NCBI GenBank assembly: GCA_951406725.2
Contig: OX597828.1
Location: forward strand, 17,732,001-17,796,000
From: Octopus vulgaris
Lineage: Eukaryota
DNA length: 64,000 nucleotides
Direction: 5' to 3'
Shown: one piece after another, positions 53,387-64,000 of the stretch
Layout of the letters: every line of letters begins with the position of its first letter
Numbering within the stretch: position 1 is the first letter of the stretch
Made by a program: the position numbers and the translations under genes
Notes under the pieces: model-generated
The model's input: the letters and a program-made list of their open reading frames with translations, nothing else
Database searches by the model: none
What the model was told of the DNA's origin: nothing

Positions 53387-53990
53387 GGCTGCGAGCTGGC
53401 AGAAACGTTAGCACGCCGGGCGAAATGCGTAGCTGTATTTCGTCTGCCGTTACGTTCTGAGTTCAAATTCCGCCGAGGTCGACTTTGCCTTTCATCCTTT
53501 CGGGGTCAATAAATTAAGTACCAGTTGCGCACTGGGGTCGATGTAATCGACTTAATCCGTTTGTCTGTCCTTGTTTGTTCCCTCTGTGTTCAGCCCTTTG
53601 TGGGTAGTAAAGAAATAGGTATTTCGTCTGCCGTTACATTCTGAGTTCAAATTCCGCCGAGTTCGACTTTGCCTTTCATCCTTTCGGGATCCATAAATTA
53701 AGTACCAGTTGCGTACTGGGGTTGATCTAATCGACTGCCCCCCTCCCCAAGAATTTCAGGCCTTGCGTCTAGAGTAGAAAAGAATCGTTAGTACGCCGGG
53801 TAAAATGCTTAGCAATATTTCACCAGTTCTAAGTTCCAAATTCCGCCGAGTTCGATTTTTGCCTTTCATCCCTTCAGCATCGATTGAATAAGTACCAGTT
53901 ACGTACTGGGGTCGAGGTATCCCTTTGTCTGAAGTTGTTTGCTCCCTCTAATTTTAGCCCCCTGTGGGCAACAAAGAAAGAAATAGATAT
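53387..53990 (+). mobile_element. SINE family B composite (three units)
   Basis: gcctttcatcc..aagtaccagtt..ctgggg three times. Confidence 0.88.
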
Positions 53991-54521
53991 TTTTCCTCCG
54001 TGAAAGGATTCCACTGCAAAAAGAACCGATAACAGAACATCTACAGAAGAAAAAATATGAATAAAAAAACTATTTATTTGATTGACACGCGGGTATATAT
54101 TTTGATTCTTATAGATATTTTTGTCGATCAACCATATGAAGTCCTTATCGAGTTTACTACACTCATCCGTCGTTTCTTTCAAGTATAACATATCGAGGAT
54201 TTTGTATTATGGAATATATCGTAATTTTTTTAAAAGAAGATATGGTTTGACTTACGAAAAAAATTTACTGCTATTTTGTTGTCTTGGGAGAGTCATTATG
54301 CCAATGTAACGAACACACTGACTGGTTCAATTCCTCTCATTTATTAAATATCCGATTGTTTTGTTTTTGCTTGACAAAAAGTTCTTTCGCTGCTATGGTT
54401 ATGTTTAAAGGGATCGTGTGATTGAAAACGAAGCTCTTTTGTTGGTGCGGAGATATTTTAGTGTCATTTTCTCGTAGAAGCGCTCGTTTCTAGTAAAAGG
54501 TTAGTATTGGCTCTTTTGTAG

Positions 54522-54812
54522 ATGCGCAATGGCCCAGTGGTTACGACAGCGGACTCGCGGTCGGAGGATCGCGGTTACCATTCCCAGACCGGGCGTTGTG
54601 TGTGTTTATTGAGCGAAAACTCCTAAAAGCTCCACGAGGCTCCGGCAGGAGGGTGGGGGGCGACCCCTGTTGTACTATTTCTCCACATCTTTCTCTCTCT
54701 CTTCCTGTTTCTTGAGTAACGCTGCGATGGACTGGCGTCCCGTCCAGCTGCGGGAACACATGCACCACAGACAGCGGGAAAACGGGCACATGAGATTGGC
54801 TAGGCTTGAAAA
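54522..54812 (+). mobile_element. SINE family C head plus V-domain-like tail
   Basis: tRNA-like head; ctgcgatggactggcgtcccgtccag. Confidence 0.85.
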
Positions 54813-54918
54813 GGGCGTTGCGGTAGCGCGTCCACCTCCCGGTCGTTTCGGCCCGAACGGCTGCTCCGAGGGTGCTCTTCGCCGAGTGTCCGAGGCGGCC
54901 GGTACGTTCACTGTAAAA
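54813..54918 (+). pseudogene. Probable 18S rRNA (V4 region) fragment
   Basis: GGTGCTCTTCGCCGAGTGTCCGAGGCGGCCGGTACGTTCACTGTAAAA resembles metazoan 18S GGTGCTCTT..CTGAGTGTC....GGCC.G.ACGTTTACTTTGAAAA; GC-rich island. Confidence 0.6.
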
Positions 54919-54941
54919 TGTATGTATGTGTGTGTGTGAGT

Positions 54942-55718
54942 ATCAACTGTCCACTGGTGTAAATTCGATCTACTGTCCACTAGCGAAAATTTTATCAACT
55001 GTCCACTGGAGTAAATTCAATCAACTGTCCACTGGTGTGAATTCGATTAACTGTCTACTTGTGCAAATTCGATCAACTGTCCACTACCACAAATTCGATT
55101 AACTGTCCAGTGGTCTAAATTTGATCAACTGTCCACTGGCGAAAATTCGATCAACTGTCCACTAACGAAAATTCGATCAACTGTTTACTTGTGCAAATTC
55201 GATCAACTGACCACTAGCGAAAATTCGATCAAATGTCCACTGGTGTAAATTCCGTTAACTGTCCACTGGTGTAAATTGGATCGACTGTCCATTAGCAAAT
55301 ATTCGATTAACTGTTCACTAACGAAAATTCGATCAACTGTTTACTTGTGCAAATTCGATCAACTGTCCACTGGTGCAAATTCGATCAACTGTCCACTACC
55401 GCAAATTCGATCAACTGTCCACTGGTGTAAATTCGATCAACTGTCCACTAGGGAAAACTCGATCAACTGTCCACTGGTGTAAATTCGATCAACTGTCCAC
55501 TAGGGAAAATTCGATCAACTGTCCACTACCGCAAATTCGATCAACTGTCCACTGGTGTAAATTCGATCAACTGTCCACTAACGAGAATTCTATCAACTGT
55601 CCATTAGCGAAAATTCGATCAACTGTCCACTAGCTAAAATTCGATCAACTGTCCACTGGCGCAAATTCGATCAACTGTTCACTGGTGTAAATTCAATCAA
55701 CTGTCCATTAACGAAATT
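54942..55718. repeat. 26-bp minisatellite AAATTCGATCAACTGTCCACT+N5, about 30 units
   Basis: Direct reading; the 5-nt slot varies (GGTGT, AGCGA, ACCGC, AACGA, AGGGA, TGTGC). Confidence 0.95.
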
Positions 55719-55763
55719 AATAAATATTAGATTTATAATTCTCTTTTAATCCAACTTATTAAA

Positions 55764-55952
55764 ATTCCCGCTGTCTGTGGTGCATGTGTTCCCGCAGCTG
55801 GACGGGACGCCAGTCCATCGCAGCGTTACTCAAGAAACAGGAAGAGAGAGTGAGAGAAAGATGTGGAGAAGAGTACAACAGGGGTCGCCCCCCACCCTCC
55901 TGCCGGAGCCTCGTAGAGCTTTTAGGAGTTTTCGCTCAATAAACACACACAC
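55764..55952 (-). mobile_element. Inverted near-identical copy of SINE segment 54597-54780
   Basis: Reverse complement alignment by eye shows few differences. Confidence 0.88.
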
Positions 55953-56411
55953 TAACCAAGTATAATCTTATAAATTTAAGCGGATGCATATTTGTATATG
56001 TTTGTATAAGTTTAAAGCAATATCTGTATTTTCTATAACTATTTAGTACATTGACCTAGTTTTCTTGATACAAAATCTAATTGCCAAATGGGAGTAAACA
56101 GCCCCTTAGACAATATAAACCCCTTTCCACTTTAATTTTCTTTAAGAATAATTTCTGACATTTATTTCACCCCTACCTACTTCTCTAAATAGAAAATCTC
56201 TTTTGTCTCCATTCAACAGATTATCCCCCACCCCCACACTTTCTAGCAGTTCAAAATACCTTAAAGAATATTCTTCAGTCAGAAGATAAACTCTAATACC
56301 TTAATGTTCTTAACATTGAAATCAACATCTCTGTCTATATATCTACCCTCTTTATAATGTTATTAATTAACATGAAAATAATTATATGTATTGACGGAAA
56401 ATCTCTATAAA

Positions 56412-56495
56412 CGGCTGATGGCTGCTCAACATTTTAAAACTGTTGTAATACTTACAATGTTTAATAAAATGATGTAGCGAGAAACGATCGTACCA
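56412..56495 (+). ncRNA. Degenerate hammerhead motif with long stem II in a pLTR-like repeat
   Basis: gg-CTGATGG-ctgct...agcga-GAAAC-GATC-GTA-cc; downstream sequence homologous to 17790-17930. Confidence 0.5.
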
Positions 56496-57613
56496 AATTA
56501 CCGAAGATATTCTTGTTGCTTACTTTGATTATAATCACCCCATGGATTTATATGGATAACACCGTACAAAATTCTGGTGCATCTAACCTAAGTACCATAT
56601 TCATTTGAATCTAAATTTTGCTGAACGTATATATTTATATATATATACTTGGAAGTGGATGCGTGGCGTTCGATCATGTCTTTACCTTCGATAAAAAGTC
56701 CGTTCCCATGATTTTGTTCTTATGTTTTCGTTTCTCATTGTGTTCGACGTTTCTTTTTTGGTGTCCTGTACCCATATATGCATGTATATATACATATAGA
56801 TGTGGGTATGTACATATATGTATGTATTTATGCATATATATTTGTATATATATATATATACTTTTTTTAATTAAAAGCTGCAAAAACATCACAAAAACTG
56901 TCGTCAATATCACAACTGCCCGAAAAATGGTAACGTTAAACTCTGAGTAGCAGTTTCTGTGATATTTTTGCAGCTTTAAAAAGAAAGCATATTACTCTAC
57001 CTTCGGTATTCGAGTACTATTTTTCCTCCTTGTTTATGAATTTATGTGCTTACTCATGTATATATATATAATGTTGGAGAAACCTAGCCCAACTAAAAGA
57101 CAAGCCTATGTGGCATGTGGGTGTATGTAGGTTAGTATATATATATTTATATGCATACGCATATTTACACATAGAGATTATGTATGTATGTTTGTATGTA
57201 TGTATGTATGTATGTATGTATTTATGTATGTATGTATAGCCATGCAACATATAAACATATATCGCGTTTCTATGTGACGAACTAATTATGCAGTCCAGCT
57301 GCACGTTACCACAAATATGTATTAAACTATTATACAAGCAGTTATGTAAATAAACAGGAGAGTTGCTGAAATTAAACGTGTGGTGCTGTGATGGGATTAT
57401 GTATGTGTATGTATGAGCATGTTTTTACATGTGTGAGTGTAAGAAGATCTAGTGGTTAAAATGTTGGTCTGAGGTTCATAAGGTTGTGTGTTCAATTCGA
57501 GGTTGAGGTGGCGCGTAGCACCTGTGAGCAATTAGCTAGAATTAACAATACTCCAAGCTACTCAGCTGAATACGAGTAATACCTAGTCATGATACGACCG
57601 TTTTCTACTTCAG

Positions 57614-57686
<73 letters not shown>

Positions 57687-58131
57687 AATATATGTATATA
57701 ATATATAATATATACATATATATTAAATATATATATACCAGGAGAATTCAGGCTGCTTCAACAATTTAGAATAATGATACAATATATGGTTAGCCATAAA
57801 ATCAAATAAAATATATTTAATGTATCACTCATTAAAATATTAGAAATTTATAAATGCATAAATATATAAAAAAGTATGATAGACATATATCGGTAGAAAA
57901 ATTATATTGATGTACAAAAATATAATGGCGTCTTAAAAGGTATATATTGAAGACATCGTCCTACTTACAGAACAACAGCGTTGTTAAAGAGATATTGAAA
58001 ATATATATTAAAAATAAAAGTGTAAATCATCGCGAAAATGTGAATAAAGAAATGTTTAAACAATCATACGGAAGGTAAAGTTTCCAGTGATTAGATGGCG
58101 GTACTCCAATTTCAAGAATTAAGCGGTGATA

Positions 58132-58220
58132 CTCCGACGGCCGTTTCAAGGGTATAGTAATTCACACAATTAAAGGATAATTCTATCCAAATTTTGGAGA
58201 CTGCCTCCTTCATCAAGGAG
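58132..58220 (-). ncRNA. Type-I hammerhead motif in pLTR (U3 variant, long stem II)
   Basis: ctcc-TTGATGA-agg...cctt-GAAAC-GGCC-GTC-ggag. Confidence 0.7.
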
Positions 58221-59624
58221 AATGTTTTAGTTAGGGATTCACATCTCATATACTTTCATAATCAGGAAACGGGTATTTGGTTTTATAAAGTCCTATACGT
58301 GTTAGCAGGAAAAGGAAATATTATACCAAGAATTGTGGGAAACAAAATTATAAAATAGATTATAAGCAAGTAATTATACACTAAGTGAAAGGTGAGTGGG
58401 GGTGCAATTATAAATATTAGGTGGAATGTAACTAATTATAGAGCTTAATGTTCAATCTATCCAGACTGATCAAAATGTTTAAATGTTGGATGGTATCTAT
58501 GGTTACAAAATCCATAGCCATCGAGAACTCATTCAATTATATGCAGTTATAGCGACGGAGAATATTTATAGATTCTTTAATACATAATTTACATACATGC
58601 CTAATTGTATTAGACGGAGTGGCTTCAACTATTGTAGGCTAAGATAATGAATATTGTATATTCTTTAGCTTAAGTTCATATATGTAAAAGAATACAAAGG
58701 AGCCCTATAGCGACGCTTGAAATCAATAGTACTCCCCATGTAAACCCTTACTCTGTGTGGCAGGAAGCTCTACACAGTATTTATAAACTACATTTCTGCG
58801 CAGACAGGATCCAGCAAGTGGACACGAGTCCGGGATGCGACAATTACATGTTTTTCTTCTCTGTATCAGCATTAATCTTCCGTTTAAATGTGCTCAGAGC
58901 TCCCTCAACTGGTAGGAGAGTGGGGTCTGGCGTAAAATTTTTAATAGACCTATAATGTAGTTTTGAGTTATGGTGTGCAATACAATGATTTTGGCGACTT
59001 TGACTTCTTAAATCTAAGTTGGATCTATTAATGAAGGTTATAATCGAACCCAAACTTGGTGTAGTGAAATACGAAAGATTTACAGGTGATTTGTTGAAGA
59101 TAGGATAATATCTATGATGTTTTGGGAATTCTTATTTCAAAATTTTTTTAAATAATTTCGATAATGATCCCACCTGAAGAGAGAAGTGTAGGCGAACCAT
59201 ATCATTTCCGTTTCTTAGATTTTGAACGTTTCGATTCCTTAAGTTGGTCGGAGTTATATGATTTATACTTATGGTAATTCCTAAATGACACATTATTTAT
59301 ACGAGCGTTATCTGTATATGTTTTTTTTTCAATATATTTAATTGGTTTAATTCAAGAGGGGACAATAGTATTAGATTGTGAGTTAGTTCTCGTGAAGTGA
59401 TTGGCAATTTTAATTTTGTGTGTTGTATTAAGGATATAACATATTTTATCCTTGAAGCAACTTAATTTTAGAGCTTGGTTACCATATTGAGCATGACTGT
59501 TTAATATCTCATCAAAGGCAGATAAGTTTGAAATAGAGATGGGCGTTTCCATGCTATCGAAGGTTGATCTAGAATGATTACAGAGAATATTTAGGTACTG
59601 AAGTGTCTGGCTGGGTTTCCTCTA

Positions 59625-59905
59625 TCAATAGTGAAGATGATTATTAAGATTAAGTGTCACATCCAAGAACTTGGCTACGTCATTATCCATTCCAAATACA
59701 ATATATAAATTATAATTTTTAAAGAATTTTATCAAAGATTTCTTAGTACGTTCAAACTCCGGATGTGATAAATTTTTACTTGCGAAAAGTGCATCGTCTC
59801 TACAGAGACCAACGGGGTTGTTCAGAAAATATCGCTTTATTTGCGAGAAGAGAAATAAGCCCACAAGGTCTGTTATTTGGGCTGAGTCAGATGATCCTAT
59901 TATTA
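59625..59905 (-). pseudogene. PLE RT catalytic-region remnant
   Basis: GLCRDDALF (cf. GLYRDDGL) and FLDVTLNL. Confidence 0.8.
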
Positions 59906-60304
59906 TATCGAAAAATGCAATTACATGTGTATGTAAAATATGTATTAAAGAATCTATAAATATTCCCGTCGATACAGCTTTACGTTATTGAATGAGGATG
60001 CTATGTACTCTTGTAACCATAGGCACCATCTAACATTTAAGCATTTTGACCAGTCTGGATAGATTGATCATTAAACTCTATAATTAGTTACATTCCACCT
60101 AATATTTATACTCGCACCACCACTCACCTTCCTCTAAGTGAATAATTACTTGTTTATAATTTACCATATTTTCTGACTTTACTTCCCACAATCCTTACTA
60201 TGATATTTCCTATTCCTGCTAACAGGTATAGCACTTTACAAAAGGCAAACACCCATTTACTCATTTTGACAGTATAAGGGATGTGAATCCTAAACTAATA
60301 CATT

Positions 60305-60393
60305 CTCCGTGATGAAGGAGGCAGTATCCAAAATTTGGATAGGAACCTCATTTGTTTGGGTGGATTAATGTACCCTTGAAACGGCCGCTGGAG
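60305..60393 (+). ncRNA. Decayed hammerhead motif in the inverted pLTR
   Basis: ctcc-GTGATGA-agg...cctt-GAAAC-GGCC-GCT-ggag (cleavage triplet mutated). Confidence 0.55.
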
Positions 60394-60907
60394 TATCACC
60401 GCTTAATTCTTGAAATTGGAGTATTTCCAGGTAATCATTGGAAACTTAACTTCCATATGGATGCTTAAACATCTCTTTATTCACATTTTCGCGAGGATTT
60501 ACACTTCTATTTCTAATATGTATATTTAATATCTCTTTAACAACGCTCTTAATCTGTAAGTAGCATGATGTCTTTCAATATATACCTTTTAAGACGCTAA
60601 TAGATCTTTATACATCTATATGGCTTTCTACCCGTGTATGTCTATTATATTTTTATATATGTATGTACCTGTGAATTTTTAATAATTTTCAATAATTTAA
60701 TGGGTAATGGGTGATAAACTAATTATATTTTCATAATTTGCATACACCGGTTTTATGGCTGAATATATGTTGTATTGTTTTTCTACATTGTTGAACCTAA
60801 CTGATTTCTCCTTTTAAATATAATATATATATCTAGCATCTCAAGTAAACACAACCTGAGCACTTCACAGCGCTGTAAATTATAAACAAAAATATTACTA
60901 TATATAA

Positions 60908-60957
<50 letters not shown>

Positions 60958-61373
60958 CTATTGATATAATCTGTTATTGTTTTTCATGCTTCAATTTTAA
61001 AGATGTGGCCCATGGTGGAGCACCGCCAGAGAAAAGAGAGATTGGTGTTCAGTTGTAGGAAACAGGCTGTCAGCCGATGGATATTCACAGGCGCAATTCC
61101 ACTACTGCTCGAGACGGGGTCTTGTGCCTGTTGCGTTTCAGGTCTGTGCCAAATTGAACTTCTTTGCATAACCTGGTTCCTCTCCAGGAGCATATTTATG
61201 CCGAGCATAGCGTGGACGCCTGATACTGACTACTAGGATACTTATCCTCAAACCGGCCAAATAACCAATCGTATGAGTAGCTGGGTTACAAAAGCACGCC
61301 ACAGCTCACAGGGATTTTGTGTCGTATCCATCCTTCTTCCTGCACTAAATATGTACATACATACAAACATATG

Positions 61374-61454
<81 letters not shown>

Positions 61455-61468
61455 TGTCGTATATATAT

Positions 61469-61555
<87 letters not shown>

Positions 61556-61556
61556 A

Positions 61557-61788
61557 GGGTGGCAAGCTGGCAGAATCATTAGTACGAAGGGCGAACTACT
61601 TAGCAGTATTTCGTCTGCCATTAGGTTTTGAGTACAAATTCGGCCGACGTCTACTATGCCTTTCATCCTTTCTGGATCGATTAAATACGTACCAGTTGTG
61701 CACTGGAGTCGATATAATAGACTTAATCCCTTTGTCTGTTCTTCTTTCTCCTCTATATGTTTAGCCCACTGTGAGCAATAAAGAAATA
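61557..61788 (+). mobile_element. SINE family B
   Basis: Matches 34979-35210. Confidence 0.8.
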
Positions 61789-62106
61789 CATATACATATA
61801 TATATATATATACACACACACACATATATATATACATGCATAAAGTGAGCATTAATACCGTGTATAATGGTTCAGCTGGAGTGAGAGCGAACTGTAACTC
61901 TTTCAGTTGGTACTCGTTGGCAGCTAAGTAGGCTAGAGTAAAGTCAAGTGAAATACCTTTGTCAACAATGCAATATTCTGCCCTATTCAGGAAATGAACC
62001 AACGACTTAATTGTCGTGAGCCCAAACCCGAAAGACTCTGTCATGTAAGCTTCAATATACATTTATATATATATATATATATATATGCATATATATGCAA
62101 CTGCGC

Positions 62107-62163
<57 letters not shown>

Positions 62164-62168
62164 ATTGC

Positions 62169-62222
<54 letters not shown>

Positions 62223-62775
62223 GCGTGTGTATACGTACATACATAAATATACATATATAAAATATATTGTCTCATCATTTTGCTGTTGCCCAAGATGTCG
62301 GAAAATTGCTACGTATTTTGCATTTTGGATACAAAGTTCAAATATATAAAATTTGCATCTTTGTTTGATATTCCAAAGGTTAATGTCAGATATTATAATT
62401 TTACCTTGCTTATTTATTATTTTTTTTTTTTTACTTCTCTTTTCCTTTGCTTTCCATCTTCTTTATTTTATTTTATTTCATTTTAAAATATTTTATCTTA
62501 TGTATTGGATTTTTGTGAATTTATTTACTGTTTTTTTTAATTTTATTTTCATGGAATTTATTCCATAAGCATCATTCACGTCATGCACATAAACGAAACA
62601 AAAGCGCGAAAAGACAAACCCATACAAATAAGAACACAGACGCATGCGCTTTAAGTGTCTTTTTCACTATCTAGAAATAGGCGTGATTGCGTGAAGCGAA
62701 ACTAACAACTGAAGAGCCTCATTAACGATCGGTTCGAGAGAACGAGCGAGCAGCGAGGAATGAGTATATATATAG

Positions 62776-62826
<51 letters not shown>

Positions 62827-62986
62827 TGTGTGTGTGGTGATATTGCTATTTAGATAGAGAGGAATGGAATATATAAGAAAAACGGCTCTATTCATTCATC
62901 GCGAGTTCTTCCTATATTACTTCTGTCGTTCGTGCAAGATAAGAATCAATCTTGTGCGCCTATATTAGCTAAAAAGGAGAGAAAGA

Positions 62987-63103
62987 GTAGTAGTCGTAGC
63001 AGCAGTAGTAGTAGTAGTAGTAGTAATAATAATATTGATATTAATAATAATAATAATAATGATAATAATAATAATAATAATATTGATAATAATAATAATA
63101 ATA

Positions 63104-63156
<53 letters not shown>

Positions 63157-63237
63157 TATAATAATAACAATGATAATATTGATAATAAAAATAATAATAA
63201 TAATAATAATAATAAAGATAATGATAATAATAATAGT

Positions 63238-63326
<89 letters not shown>

Positions 63327-63460
63327 GAAGAAGAAGAAGAAGAAGAAGAAGAAGAAGAAGAAGGAGAAGAAGAAGAAGAAGAAGAAGAAGGAGAAGTAGA
63401 AGAAGAAGAAGAAGAAGATGAAGAAGAAGAAGATGAAGAAGAAGAAGAAGAAGAAGAATG
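62987..63460. repeat. (AGT)n/(AAT)n/(GAA)n compound microsatellite
   Basis: Direct reading. Confidence 0.95.
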
Positions 63461-63571
63461 ATACAAAGAAAGAAGAACGAAAAGGAAAACCACCTAATAA
63501 TCCATTAGTATACGAAATGTCATTCTCAAAGATCATTTCTCATACACCTTAGCTAAACTTTGAAAATCTTT

Positions 63572-63726
63572 GTATACACACACATATACACACACACATA
63601 CACACACACATACACATACACGCACGCACGCATGTGCGTGCGTGTGTGTATATATATGTCTGTATGTATATGCATACATATATATCTGTATATATATATA
63701 TAGACATATATATATATATATTTGTA

Positions 63727-63784
<58 letters not shown>

Positions 63785-63930
63785 TATATATAAGTATATA
63801 TATATGTAGATACACTCATATATCCGTATATATGTATATATATGTGTGTGTGAGCTTGTGCGTGTATATATGAGTGTGTGTGTATGTATATATGTATTTA
63901 TGTGTGTGTACGTGTGTGTGTATATGTATG

Positions 63931-63961
<31 letters not shown>

Positions 63962-63995
63962 GTGCGTATATATATATATATATATATATATATGT
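63572..63995. repeat. (CA)n/(TA)n/(TG)n compound microsatellite
   Basis: Direct reading. Confidence 0.9.
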
Positions 63996-64000
63996 TTGTA

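Larger units (their letters stand above)
57740..60812 (-). mobile_element. Old decayed Penelope-like element with an inverted 3' duplication
   Basis: Minus strand IGSSDSAQITDLVGL, GLCRDDAL, FLDVTLNL (RT) and CNCRIPDSCPLAGSCLRRNVVY..VYMGST..FKRRY (GIY-YIG); arms 57740-58600 and 59925-60812 inverted; flanked by (TA)n. Confidence 0.85.

Noticed and set aside
54942-55718. CRISPR-like repeat/spacer appearance
   Set aside because: The variable part is only 5 nt and recurs, there are no cas genes, and the context is eukaryotic; this is a minisatellite.
61286-62062. 258-aa ORF
   Set aside because: It runs through TA tracts and a SINE, with no recognisable domain.
62695-62745. GAAAC..CTGAAGAG hammerhead-like words
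   Set aside because: Stems I and III cannot be formed.

Overview
AT-rich, microsatellite-saturated eukaryotic DNA. Its repeat content (tRNA-headed SINEs, (TA)n/(TAA)n/(GATA)n arrays) looks like an Octopus or other coleoid cephalopod genome, which is an inference. No convincing host protein-coding gene was found, and most long ORFs in the track are microsatellite translations. Supported content: one intact tRNA-Ala(TGC) gene; two Penelope-like retroelements (PLE, RT plus GIY-YIG), each with an inverted duplicate of its 3' end (one young, one old); R4/Dong-, CR1- and L1/Tx1-type LINE fragments; Tc1/mariner remnants; dozens of SINEs from about four modular families; three minisatellites; and a probable 18S rRNA fragment. 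The main signal is about ten minimal type-I hammerhead ribozyme motifs with palindromic stem III from about six unrelated repeat families. Several have non-canonical cores (U3; U3-A8 plus C13). Many sit in fold-back insertions of 0.1-3 kb inside (TA)n/(AAT)n microsatellites, including a non-coding retrozyme-like ~357-bp unit. All alignments and boundaries were read by eye, so repeat ends are approximate.
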